Position numbers and translations under genes: made by a program
Assembly: GCA_043425375.1 (NCBI GenBank)
Contig: JBHWQC010000016.1
Coordinates: 1 to 56,543, forward strand
Length of the DNA stretch: 56,543 bases
Origin: Atopostipes sp.
GTDB taxonomy: Bacteria; Bacillota; Bacilli; Lactobacillales; Carnobacteriaceae_A
Direction of reading: 5' to 3'
Notes under the pieces: generated by a model
The model's input: only the letters and a program-made list of their open reading frames with translations
Database searches by the model: none
Told to the model about the DNA's origin: nothing
In this document: piece after piece, positions 1 to 10,583 of the stretch
How positions within the stretch are numbered: position 1 is the stretch's first letter
Layout of the letters: every line of letters starts with the position of its first letter

Positions 1-172
1 GTTGAAGTTGAGCAAGTCCGAGCCTTTGAAAGCTTCGTTCACGAAACATTTAAAGAAAAACACGCCGATCTCTTGGCAGAAATTGCTGAAGATTATGTGT
101 TAACGGATGACTTAAAGGAGAAAATTGAAGCCGCTTTGGAAGTTATCTATGATGATTTCATGGTGATGCAAA

Positions 173-180
<8 letters not shown>
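1..180 (+). CDS. atpA: F1Fo ATP synthase alpha subunit, 3' end only (truncated by window edge)
   Basis: Frame 1 reads VEVEQVRAFESFVHETFKEKHADLLAEIAEDYVLTDDLKEKIEAAL...QNG* (stop 178-180). Resembles the AtpA C-terminus and lies directly before atpG. Confidence 0.85.
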
Positions 181-2315
<2,135 letters not shown>

Positions 2316-2327
2316 CGGAGGGATACT

Positions 2328-2717
2328 ATGTTTGAGTTGACAATGATTACAATTGATGGAAAAAAACAAAAAGAAGAGTTAGCTCGTATCTCTTTGCCGA
2401 CAAGTGATGGAATTCGTACGATTTTATCCAATCACATGCAAACAGTCGTGCCGATTGAAATTGGAGAAGTGTTATTGATTCGAGAGAACGAGCGAGAAAT
2501 CGTCGTTGTTTCAGAAGGTATTTTCAATTTTAAAGACAATCAAGCGCATTTATTTGTCCGTACCTTTGAGTATGCGGATGAGATTGATGAAGCACGTGCA
2601 CAACGAGCGAAAGAACGAGCAGAAGCTCGGCTACAACAAGAGTTATCAACAAAAGAACTGCAGGAAACGGAAGCGGCGTTAAAAAGAGCCATTACCCGTA
2701 TTTCTGCAAAAAGGTAA
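2328..2717 (+). CDS. atpC: F1Fo ATP synthase epsilon subunit
   Basis: Follows atpD; ILSNHM motif and C-terminal EIDEARAQRAKERAE...ALKRAITRI helices. Confidence 0.93.
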   Translation: MFELTMITIDGKKQKEELARISLPTSDGIRTILSNHMQTVVPIEIGEVLLIRENEREIVVVSEGIFNFKDNQAHLFVRTFEYADEIDEARAQRAKERAEARLQQELSTKELQETEAALKRAITRISAKR

Positions 2718-2753
2718 ACAAAAAGAGGTTATAAAAGAATTAACCCAAAATTT

Positions 2754-2809
2754 AAAACTCGCAATGAACCAATCAAAATTTTGTTTGGTTCATTACGAGT
2801 TTTTGTTTT
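2754..2809. terminator. Intrinsic terminator after the atp operon, probably bidirectional
   Basis: Inverted repeat aaaactcgcaatgaaccaa / ttggttcattacgagtttt followed by a T-rich tail, between convergent genes. Confidence 0.8.
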
Positions 2810-2843
2810 GGGTAGGATTAAGTTGTTCCTTACATGACAGCAT

Positions 2844-3191
2844 CTACCCGACATTAACGGATGCGATACTTTCTATCCGGATGATTTTTTTAACCACTTG
2901 CTTTCCGTAAACTTCAAGATACACCCAATCTTTATTTAGATCGAGAATTTTGACTTCATTATGCGCTAGGGTATCAAAGGGTGAGGTCTGAATCTGGCCA
3001 TATTCTTCATAACTCTCTTTGATTTTAATTTGGATGGTTTCTCCAATGTTTTGATTGAGAATCTTAAAAATTTTTTGTTTTTCCTCTTTATCTTCATGGT
3101 ATATTTTCCGATGCAGTATTTTTACTTTAGAATTTGTATCGAGCGCATAGAAAAAAATCAGTAGGATGATAAAAAAATTGAGTGTTTCCAT
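2844..3191 (-). CDS. Small protein with an N-terminal transmembrane helix and an Sm/LSm-like C-terminal domain; function unknown
   Basis: 115 aa ORF with hydrophobic FFIILLIFFYAL N-terminus. Its RBS (aaggagggag) overlaps the end of the upstream XRE gene. Confidence 0.75.
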   Translation of the reverse strand: METLNFFIILLIFFYALDTNSKVKILHRKIYHEDKEEKQKIFKILNQNIGETIQIKIKESYEEYGQIQTSPFDTLAHNEVKILDLNKDWVYLEVYGKQVVKKIIRIESIASVNVG

Positions 3192-3193
3192 CT

Positions 3194-3637
3194 TTAACTC
3201 CCTCCTTCTTCAACAAATGTAAAGGCCTGAATAGTAGAGAGAGGCAGCACTTGCATCTGCAACTCGTTCTTTTCTTCAAATTGCACTTGCACCATATCGT
3301 CTTCGATATCGAGGACGAGACAATTTTTATGATGCACCGATAAATAGTTTTCAATATACTCTTCGAAAAAGGCGAGTTGCACCTGTTTATCGATTAAAAT
3401 ATTTAATAAATTAGAGGCTTTCGTTGTTGGTTTCTCACTGTTGTTTTCTTTTAACAAATAATCAAAGGAAACATCCAAAATTTGTGCGGCCGCTTTTAAG
3501 TTAGAGATATCTGGAAACACCTGATTTTTCTCCCACCGTAAAATCGTTTGTCTAGAAAGATTTAATCTCTCAGCCAGTTCTTCTTGAGTAAATTCTTTTT
3601 CTTTTCTTGCTTTTGCTAATCGCTCTCCAAAAGTCAT
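3194..3637 (-). CDS. XRE-family helix-turn-helix transcriptional regulator with an extra C-terminal domain
   Basis: TFGERLAKARKEKEFTQEELAERLNLSRQTILRWE is an HTH_3 pattern. ATG at 3637 fits the AAGGA RBS better than the GTG at 3646. Confidence 0.9.
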   Translation of the reverse strand: MTFGERLAKARKEKEFTQEELAERLNLSRQTILRWEKNQVFPDISNLKAAAQILDVSFDYLLKENNSEKPTTKASNLLNILIDKQVQLAFFEEYIENYLSVHHKNCLVLDIEDDMVQVQFEEKNELQMQVLPLSTIQAFTFVEEGGS

Positions 3638-3929
3638 TTGCACCACTTCCTTACTTAATAAGCTACTTTAAATATAGTCTTTTTAGAAAATAAAGAAAGC
3701 ACGTAGGCTGATTTTTGTGTCACACCCTTTGTTACTTTTATAAATCATACCGGCATTTTAGCCTGTAGACAATAAGTTTAACAAGTTTTTTTAAATTCAG
3801 TTCACGCTTTAATGAGAACTTATAAAATCACTTGTCGAAAACGCACATAAAAAGAAATAACGCAATTAGAATTTCAATACTAAAAGTAAGTGTCAGATAA
3901 TAAGTGTTTTAAATTTTTACAAAAGAAAA

Positions 3930-3958
3930 TTGACTCGAAGCCTTCAGTTTGTTACGCT
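3930..3958 (+). promoter_or_regulatory. sigma-A promoter of the dehydrogenase/malic enzyme operon
   Basis: TTGACT-17 bp-TACGCT with a TG extension. Confidence 0.6.
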
Positions 3959-3971
3959 ATGAGCAAGTAAT

Positions 3972-3985
3972 TGAAAACGTTTTTA
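3972..3985 (+). promoter_or_regulatory. Putative cre site (CcpA operator)
   Basis: TGAAAACGTTTTTA is close to the TGWNANCGNTNWCA consensus and lies just downstream of the predicted -10. Confidence 0.6.
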
Positions 3986-4007
3986 TAACGGAAAAGGAGG
4001 CAACAAC

Positions 4008-5123
4008 ATGGTAGAATTTTTAGATTGGGAGACACATAATGCATTTGTCAACGCGGTCTTTATGGCGGCAGGGGTACCACAAGCAGATGCAGAAATCTGT
4101 ACCGCTCTGATTACAGATGCCGATAAAAAAGGCATCGACAGTCATGGCGTCAACCGCCTTAAACCCATCTACATTGATCGCATCGAAGCCGGCATTCAAT
4201 CGCCAACGACCGATTGGGAAGTCGTTCGAGAAACACCAACGACTGCTGTTTTAGATGGGGCGGATGGCATGGGCCAAGTGGTTTCTTATCATGCGATGCA
4301 AATGGCCATTGATAAAGCGAAGGAGTACGGCACGGGGATGGTCGCCGTTCGGAATTCTACCCATTATGGAATTTCTGGCTACTATACCGATATGGCCGCA
4401 GCAGCTGGCTGTATCGGCGCTTCGGGTACTAACGCACGGCCTTCGATTGCACCAACCTTTAGTGTCGAGCCTAAATTGGGGACGAATCCTTTTTCCTGGG
4501 CCATGCCAACGGATGAAGCATTTCCTTTTTCTTTTGATGCGGCTACGTCGATTGTTCAAAGAGGGTATATTGAATTGTGGGATCGTGAAGGCAAAAAAGC
4601 ACCCGAAGGAACGGTTATCGGGTCAGACGGGCAGGCGATGACGGACCCAAGTAAAATTTTGCCGTCTCTTGTAACGGGGGAAGCGGCCTTAGCGCCTTTA
4701 GGAGGAATCGGTGAAGATCTAGGGGGCTATAAGGGCTATAATTTCGCAACAATCGTCGAAATAATGTCCGCTGCACTCCAACAAGGCAACTATTTGAGTA
4801 TGCTTTCAGGTTTGGATGAAGAAGGTAAAGCTACTAAAAAGTATCATTTGGGTCATTTCTTTCTTGCCATTGACACCGAAGCCTTTATGGGTAGAGAAGC
4901 TTTTGAAGAAACGGCGGGAAATATTGTCCGGGAATTGCGAGCGGCTAAAAAAGCACCCGGTGCCAAGCGGATTTATACGGCCGGGGAGAAAGAATATGAA
5001 GCTAAGATTGAACGAGAAAGAACGGGCTTGCCTATCAACAAATCGGTGCAAAAAGATTTAATTAATTTACGAGACGCAATGAACTTAACGGATTTTGTCT
5101 TTCCATTTGAACAGGAGGGGTAG
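4008..5123 (+). CDS. Ldh_2-family (malate/L-lactate/ureidoglycolate) dehydrogenase, likely malate dehydrogenase
   Basis: GIDSHG, VRNSTHYG, LGTNP and GGYKGY motifs of the Ldh_2 family; 2 nt from the malic enzyme gene. Confidence 0.88.
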   Translation: MVEFLDWETHNAFVNAVFMAAGVPQADAEICTALITDADKKGIDSHGVNRLKPIYIDRIEAGIQSPTTDWEVVRETPTTAVLDGADGMGQVVSYHAMQMAIDKAKEYGTGMVAVRNSTHYGISGYYTDMAAAAGCIGASGTNARPSIAPTFSVEPKLGTNPFSWAMPTDEAFPFSFDAATSIVQRGYIELWDREGKKAPEGTVIGSDGQAMTDPSKILPSLVTGEAALAPLGGIGEDLGGYKGYNFATIVEIMSAALQQGNYLSMLSGLDEEGKATKKYHLGHFFLAIDTEAFMGREAFEETAGNIVRELRAAKKAPGAKRIYTAGEKEYEAKIERERTGLPINKSVQKDLINLRDAMNLTDFVFPFEQEG

Positions 5124-5125
5124 GC

Positions 5126-6298
5126 ATGACACAAGATTCAAAAGCACTACAAAAACATTATGAGTGGCAAGGGAAAATAGAAGTCGTCAGCCGCACGCCA
5201 ATTACCAGTCGAGAAGACCTGGCGCTTGCTTATACACCAGGTGTAGCGGATGCCTGTATGAAAATTGCCGAAGATCCTGAAGAAGCGTATAAATTAACGC
5301 GAAAAAATCATTTAGTCGCCGTAATTACGAATGGAACAGCCGTCCTTGGTCTTGGCAATATAGGACCACAAGCTGCCATGCCGGTGATGGAAGGAAAGTG
5401 TGTACTGCTGAAAGAATTTGCAGATATCGATGCTTTCCCCATTAGTATAGAAGCCACCGATGTGGATAAAGTTGTGGAGACCATTAAACAAATTGCTGGG
5501 AGTTTTGGGGCAATAAACTTAGAAGATATTGCAGCACCGGAATGTTTTGAAATTGAACGGCGATTGATTGAAGAGTTGGATATTCCTGTCTTTCATGACG
5601 ACCAGCATGGAACAGCGATTGTTGTGGGCGCTGCTATTCTCAATGCGTTGAAATTTAAAAAAGACAAGGAGCTCTCAGATTTTAAAATAGTGGTCAATGG
5701 AGCCGGCGCAGCTGGAATTGCGATTACTAAGCATTTAACAAACTTGGGGGCGGGGCAGATCCTACTTGTCGATAAAAAAGGCATCATCCATAAAGATTAT
5801 CCAGGCCTGTCCGAAGAACAAGAACGGGTCCTTGAATTTGTGAATAAAGAGAATAAAACTGGTACACTTCAGGATGCCCTGACAGGAGCGGATATGCTTA
5901 TTGGGGTTTCCGCACCAAATATTTTAACGGCAGACGATATTCATTTAATGAATGAAAAGCCGATGGTGTTTGCGATGGCCAATCCTGTACCAGAGATCAT
6001 GCCGGATGTTGCCAAAGCGGCAGGTGTGGACATTATGGGTACAGGGCGTAGTGATTTTCCCAATCAAATTAACAACGTTTCGGCTTTTCCAGGTATTTTC
6101 AAAGGGGCGCTAGAAGCAAAAGCAACAAAGATTAATGAAGAGATGAAACGGGCAGCCTCCTATGCGATTGCTCATTTAGTAAAAGAAGAGGAGTTACATG
6201 AAGAATATTTGATTCCCGATGCACTGGATAAACGCGTTGTGCCAGCAGTCGCTAAGGCAGTGAAAGAAGCGGCAATTCAGACAGGGGATATACGGTAA
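5126..6298 (+). CDS. NAD(P)-dependent malic enzyme (short bacterial type)
   Basis: LAYTPGVA, GTAVLGLG, VFHDDQHGT, NGAGAAG and TGRSDFPNQINN motifs. Confidence 0.95.
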   Translation: MTQDSKALQKHYEWQGKIEVVSRTPITSREDLALAYTPGVADACMKIAEDPEEAYKLTRKNHLVAVITNGTAVLGLGNIGPQAAMPVMEGKCVLLKEFADIDAFPISIEATDVDKVVETIKQIAGSFGAINLEDIAAPECFEIERRLIEELDIPVFHDDQHGTAIVVGAAILNALKFKKDKELSDFKIVVNGAGAAGIAITKHLTNLGAGQILLVDKKGIIHKDYPGLSEEQERVLEFVNKENKTGTLQDALTGADMLIGVSAPNILTADDIHLMNEKPMVFAMANPVPEIMPDVAKAAGVDIMGTGRSDFPNQINNVSAFPGIFKGALEAKATKINEEMKRAASYAIAHLVKEEELHEEYLIPDALDKRVVPAVAKAVKEAAIQTGDIR

Positions 6299-6373
6299 GG
6301 GTTTAACTGATTGAGGGAGTTAAGCTTTCTTTAGCAACTGAGAAGTATACAAAAATAAAACGAATGAACGTGT

Positions 6374-6412
6374 AAAGCAACCAAAAACCTCAACGTGTTT
6401 GGTTGCTTTTTT
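6374..6412 (+). terminator. Intrinsic terminator after the malic enzyme gene
   Basis: aaagcaaccaaa / tttggttgcttt inverted repeat plus T-run. Confidence 0.75.
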
Positions 6413-6463
6413 ATCCAATCAAGATTGAAAGAGGAAGGTGTAACAAAGATCCGAGTCTAAGAC

Positions 6464-6492
6464 TTGACATATTACGTTTACAGTTGTAGACT
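6464..6492 (+). promoter_or_regulatory. sigma-A promoter of copB with an overlapping cop box (CopY operator)
   Basis: TTGACA-17 bp-TAGACT; TACAGTTGTA at 6479-6488 matches the TACAnnTGTA cop box. Confidence 0.82.
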
Positions 6493-6526
6493 AAGGGTGC
6501 ATAAAAAATAATAGGAGGTTAAATCA

Positions 6527-8617
6527 ATGAGTCAGCAAGAGAAACACACTCATAGTCACAAACAGGATGAAGAAACGGTTCGGCATGGACACCATGAACA
6601 TCAAATGGAAGAAGAGATGCATGAGCACCATTCTCATGAAGGGCATGACCATCACGAACATCATGATCACGGAGGGGGCGGACACCACCATCACCACCAC
6701 GGGAATTTTAAGGAGCTCTTTTTAAAGTCACTCCCTTTAGGAATTATTATTATGGTGTTATCGCCGATGATGGGGATTGAATTGTTTTTCCAATTCACCT
6801 TTCCTTATTCGGATGTGCTCGTCGCTATTTTAGCAACAATTTTACTGGTATACGGAGGAAAACCATTTTACCAAGGGGCTTTAGATGAATTTAAACAACA
6901 AGCACCGGGGATGATGGCCTTGGTCTCACTGGGAATCAGTGTGTCCTATTTATATAGTATGTATGCGGTCATTGCCCGTTATACCACTGGTGAGCAGATT
7001 ATGGATTTCTTTTTTGAGTTTGCCTCTTTAATTTTAATTATGCTGCTTGGGCATTGGATTGAGATGAAGGCTGTTGGTGATGCGGGTGATGCGCAGCAAG
7101 CTTTGGCAGAACTCGTGCCAAAAGAAGCGCATGTTGTGTTGGAAGATGAATCGATTGAATCGCGTCCGGTTGCTGAATTAACCGTAGGAGATATTGTGCG
7201 CGTACAAGCTGGGGAAAATATTCCGGCCGATGGAGTGATTGTCCGTGGTGAGTCGCGAATTAATGAAGCGCTGCTCACAGGTGAATCAAAACCCGTTGAG
7301 AAAAAAGAAGGAGAAGAAGTAATCGGTGGCTCAACGAACGGAGAAGGGGCTTTATTTGTTGAAGTTCAAGAAACCGGTGATGCCTCTTTTATCTCACAAG
7401 TCCAAGAGTTAATTAGTCAAGCCCAGAACCAACCTTCTCGCGCTGAAAACATGGCGCAAAAAGTGGCCGGCTGGTTGTTTTATATTGCGCTTGGAGCAGC
7501 GATTATCGCCTTTGTGGTCTGGCTCTTCTTGGAAGACTTGCCGGTCGCTGTTACTTTTACTGTAACGACTTTAGTGATTGCTTGTCCACATGCTTTAGGG
7601 CTGGCTATTCCATTAGTGGTCGCAAGAAGTACCAGTTTAGGTGCGAGCCGGGGACTTTTAGTGAAAGATCGACAAGCGTTGGAAGCTGCGAACAATGCGG
7701 ATGTCATGATTTTAGATAAAACAGGAACATTAACCACAGGTGAATTTAAGGTACTAGATATTGAAGTGTTGGATAAAAATTATACAGCAGATGAAGTGAC
7801 TGCCTTAATGGCCGGCATTGAAAGTGGTTCAAGTCATCCAATCGCCCAATCCATTGTGCATTACGCAAAGGAACAGGGCGTGGAGGCGACGGTATTTGAT
7901 TCTGTAGAAGTACTCTCTGGTTCAGGGGTTGAAGGCCAAGCCAATGGAAAACAGTATCAGCTCATCAGCCAAAAAGCATACGGAAAAGAGTTGGAGTTGG
8001 ACGTTGAAAAAGGCGCCACGCTCAGTATTTTAGTCGAAGAAGATAAATCGATTGGAGCGGTGATGTTAGGCGACGAATTGAAACCATCAAGCAAGGATTT
8101 AATCCAAACCTTAAACGAACACAATATTCAAGCCATTATGGCCACCGGTGACAATGAACAAGCTGCTCAAGGAGTTGCTGAGGAATTGGGTGTTGATTAT
8201 AAAGCCAACCAATCGCCTCAAGATAAATACGCGCTTGTTGAAGAGTTGACCAACGAAGGCAAAACAGTCATTATGGTCGGAGACGGTGTCAATGACGCCC
8301 CGTCCTTGGCTTTAGCGGATGTAGGAATCGCAGTAGGTGCCGGCACGCAAGTAGCACTCGATTCAGCTGATATCATCTTAACGCAATCTGATCCGGTCGA
8401 TATCAAATCATTCCTTGAATTATCAGATAAAACAACCAGTAAAATGAAACAAAATCTCTGGTGGGGTGCTGGTTATAACTTTCTGGCGATACCACTCGCT
8501 GCTGGAATTTTAGCACCTATTGGTTTCACCTTGTCACCAGCAGTTGGAGCCATATTGATGTCTCTCAGTACGATAATCGTAGCTATTAATGCGATGACTT
8601 TGCATCTAGAAAATTAA
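6527..8617 (+). CDS. copB: Copper-exporting P1B-3 ATPase
   Basis: His-rich N-terminus; CPH, DKTGT, TGES, SHP and GDGVNDAP motifs. Confidence 0.95.
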   Translation: MSQQEKHTHSHKQDEETVRHGHHEHQMEEEMHEHHSHEGHDHHEHHDHGGGGHHHHHHGNFKELFLKSLPLGIIIMVLSPMMGIELFFQFTFPYSDVLVAILATILLVYGGKPFYQGALDEFKQQAPGMMALVSLGISVSYLYSMYAVIARYTTGEQIMDFFFEFASLILIMLLGHWIEMKAVGDAGDAQQALAELVPKEAHVVLEDESIESRPVAELTVGDIVRVQAGENIPADGVIVRGESRINEALLTGESKPVEKKEGEEVIGGSTNGEGALFVEVQETGDASFISQVQELISQAQNQPSRAENMAQKVAGWLFYIALGAAIIAFVVWLFLEDLPVAVTFTVTTLVIACPHALGLAIPLVVARSTSLGASRGLLVKDRQALEAANNADVMILDKTGTLTTGEFKVLDIEVLDKNYTADEVTALMAGIESGSSHPIAQSIVHYAKEQGVEATVFDSVEVLSGSGVEGQANGKQYQLISQKAYGKELELDVEKGATLSILVEEDKSIGAVMLGDELKPSSKDLIQTLNEHNIQAIMATGDNEQAAQGVAEELGVDYKANQSPQDKYALVEELTNEGKTVIMVGDGVNDAPSLALADVGIAVGAGTQVALDSADIILTQSDPVDIKSFLELSDKTTSKMKQNLWWGAGYNFLAIPLAAGILAPIGFTLSPAVGAILMSLSTIIVAINAMTLHLEN

Positions 8618-8619
8618 AT

Positions 8620-8646
8620 GGAATTACAGGCGTTGTAATCCCTTTC
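8620..8646 (+). terminator. Probable terminator after copB
   Basis: ggaattaca / tgtaatcc hairpin immediately after the stop codon; short T tail. Confidence 0.45.
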
Positions 8647-8660
8647 AAAAAGATTAAATA

Positions 8661-8897
8661 TTGGCTATACTATACGTAATGGTTGATGTTTGCATATGCG
8701 GCTATTTTTGGTACAATGCAAGCAGAAAATCATCCAAACCACAAAGGGGGAGACCTTCGTTGTCAGCAGAAGCAGCCTATAAAAAAGAAATTCAAGACCG
8801 TAAAAAAGCGTATCAAAACAAAAAAGTGGCGCTGATCTCTCAGCTGTGTGCGCAAGAAGACAAAGAAAAGCGAAAGCAAAAAATAGCTTCAAAGTAG
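8661..8897 (+). CDS. Possible small membrane-anchored basic protein, or a gene remnant
   Basis: 78 aa ORF with TTG start, hydrophobic N-terminus and Lys-rich tail; no clear RBS. Confidence 0.3.
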   Translation: MAILYVMVDVCICGYFWYNASRKSSKPQRGRPSLSAEAAYKKEIQDRKKAYQNKKVALISQLCAQEDKEKRKQKIASK

Positions 8898-8949
8898 GTC
8901 CTCGTGTATAATAAACAGAATAGAAAACGAATAATTGTGAGGTGTTTGA

Positions 8950-9228
8950 ATGGAATTTTTAACAGGTGACAACCGATTTTACCAAGAAAACGATGCAGGG
9001 GAAGAAATTGCAGAAATTACCTATAAACCGGCAGAAGACAACGTTGTAGAAGCTGATCACACATTCGTTGATCCTTCGCTTCGTGGCCAAGGAGTTGCTG
9101 AGAAATTAGTGGATCGTTTGGTTGAAGAGATGGAAAACGAAAATAAAAAAATTCGTCCAACCTGCCCATATGTCGTGAAATTATTTGAGCGCAAGCCAGA
9201 TAAGTACGGTCATATCGCTGTTGACTAA
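8950..9228 (+). CDS. YjdJ-like GNAT acetyltransferase
   Basis: HTFVDPSLRGQGVAEKLV and IRPTCPYV motifs; RBS gaggtg. Confidence 0.9.
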   Translation: MEFLTGDNRFYQENDAGEEIAEITYKPAEDNVVEADHTFVDPSLRGQGVAEKLVDRLVEEMENENKKIRPTCPYVVKLFERKPDKYGHIAVD

Positions 9229-9244
9229 CAATAGTAGAGAGAAG

Positions 9245-9286
9245 AAAAGACCAAAGATGTTAAAATCTTTGGTTTTTTTTCTTTTT
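9245..9286 (+). terminator. Intrinsic terminator after the GNAT gene
   Basis: accaaagat / atctttggt hairpin plus T-run. Confidence 0.75.
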
Positions 9287-9290
9287 AAGG

Positions 9291-9319
9291 TTGACAACCA
9301 CCTATTCGTATTGTAGAAT
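9291..9319 (+). promoter_or_regulatory. sigma-A promoter of the tRNA cluster
   Basis: TTGACA-17 bp-TAGAAT just upstream of tRNA-Glu. Confidence 0.8.
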
Positions 9320-9341
9320 ATATTTTGCGTTAAAAATTACA

Positions 9342-9413
9342 GGCCCCTTGGTCAAGTGGTTAAGACATCGCCCTTTCACGGCGGTATCACGGGTTCGAAT
9401 CCCGTAGGGGTCA
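9342..9413 (+). tRNA. tRNA-Glu (TTC)
   Basis: Cloverleaf GGCCCCT...AGGGGTCA, anticodon loop CTTTCAC, GGTTCGAATCC T-arm; CCA not encoded. Confidence 0.97.
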
Positions 9414-9424
9414 TATAATAAGAA

Positions 9425-9507
9425 GGTGGGGTAGCGAAGTGGCTAAACGCAACGGACTGTAAATCCGTCCTCTTTCGAGTTCGAAGGTTCGAATCCTTCC
9501 CCCACCA
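9425..9507 (+). tRNA. tRNA-Tyr (GTA)
   Basis: GGTGGGG...CCCCACCA, anticodon loop CTGTAAA, long variable arm; followed by CTA rather than CCA. Confidence 0.97.
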
Positions 9508-9514
9508 CTACCAT

Positions 9515-9586
9515 TGGGCTGTAGCCAAGCGGTAAGGCATCGGGTTTTGATCCCGTGCATCCTAGGTTCGAATCCTAGCAGCCCAG
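9515..9586 (+). tRNA. tRNA-Gln (TTG)
   Basis: TGGGCTG...CAGCCCAG, anticodon loop TTTTGAT, U1-A72 first pair. Confidence 0.96.
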
Positions 9587-9592
9587 TAGATG

Positions 9593-9625
9593 AGCAATGT
9601 ATGAGCAATCATGCATTGCTTTTTT
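9593..9625 (+). terminator. Terminator after the tRNA cluster
   Basis: agcaatgtatga / tcatgcattgct hairpin plus T-run. Confidence 0.75.
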
Positions 9626-9716
9626 GCTTGTTATCGAAGATTTTAATGAAAACAGCTCTAAAATACAGGCGCAATATGCTATACTTATAGTATAAATTTT
9701 TCGAGAGTGGTGCTAT

Positions 9717-10583
9717 ATGTTTGCTTGGTTAGAGAATATCGAATGGTCCAATTTTTGGAGCTGGGTAACAGTTATCAATCTTGTTGATATCCTCATTGTT
9801 ACTTTTTTTATCTATCACTTGATCCGAATTGCACGCGGAACGAAAGCCACTGAGTTGTTAAAGGGCATTTTGGTGATTATCCTTATTAAATTCGTGAGCA
9901 ACTTTTTCCAATTGCACACGACGGAATATATTGTGGATTTCATTATTCAATGGTCAGCCATTGCCTTAATCGTCATCTTCCAGCCGGAGTTGCGGCGAGG
10001 ATTACAACACATCGGACGAGGCAGCCTATTTTCTATACGAAAAGAGGCGGATCCCGTTGAAGCGGCGATTGATGAAATTACCGATGCGATTCAATATATG
10101 GGAAAACGTCATATTGGTGCACTCATTTCAATAGAGAGAGAATCACCTTTGCAAGAATATATCAAAACGGGCACGATCCTGGATGCAGAGATTTCAAGAG
10201 AAATCATTATCAATGCCTTTATTCCAAATACTCCTTTGCATGATGGGGCAATGATTATAAGGAATTTAAAAATCGCTTCTGCTGCAAGCTACTTGCCCTT
10301 ATCCGAAAGTGCCGCTATTCCTAAAAAATATGGGACAAGACATCGGGCAGCTATTGGTCTTTCAGAAGAAACGGATGCGATTACCTTGGTCGTCTCAGAA
10401 GAAACAGGGGCAGTAAGTGTGGCTTATCGGAGTAATTTAATCCCCGATATGACAATGGATGAGCTAAGGGCCTATTTAGTTGAAGAGTTAGTTCCTATTG
10501 AAGAAGAAGGAGCGCCGAATCGAGTCTCGGAATTTTTCACGACGGTAATCGACTCCATTCGAAAGGCTGTGAATGATGAATGA
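9717..10583 (+). CDS. cdaA: Diadenylate cyclase CdaA (DacA)
   Basis: N-terminal TM helices; FQPELRR, TPLHDGA and GTRHRAA motifs; cdaA-cdaR-glmM synteny. Confidence 0.96.
   Translation: MFAWLENIEWSNFWSWVTVINLVDILIVTFFIYHLIRIARGTKATELLKGILVIILIKFVSNFFQLHTTEYIVDFIIQWSAIALIVIFQPELRRGLQHIGRGSLFSIRKEADPVEAAIDEITDAIQYMGKRHIGALISIERESPLQEYIKTGTILDAEISREIIINAFIPNTPLHDGAMIIRNLKIASAASYLPLSESAAIPKKYGTRHRAAIGLSEETDAITLVVSEETGAVSVAYRSNLIPDMTMDELRAYLVEELVPIEEEGAPNRVSEFFTTVIDSIRKAVNDE

Noticed and set aside
3886..3908. Direct repeat taagtgt upstream of the dehydrogenase promoter
   Set aside because: Only two 7-mers in AT-rich DNA and no cognate regulator evident.
6530..6700. His-rich low-complexity repeat
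   Set aside because: Normal N-terminal metal-binding region of P1B-3 ATPases.
9342..9586. tRNA 3' ends as integration sites
   Set aside because: No integrase and no duplicated tRNA 3' end seen in the window; lack of encoded CCA is common in Firmicutes.
9411..9608. 65-aa minus-strand ORF
   Set aside because: It is the antisense reading of tRNA-Tyr and tRNA-Gln.
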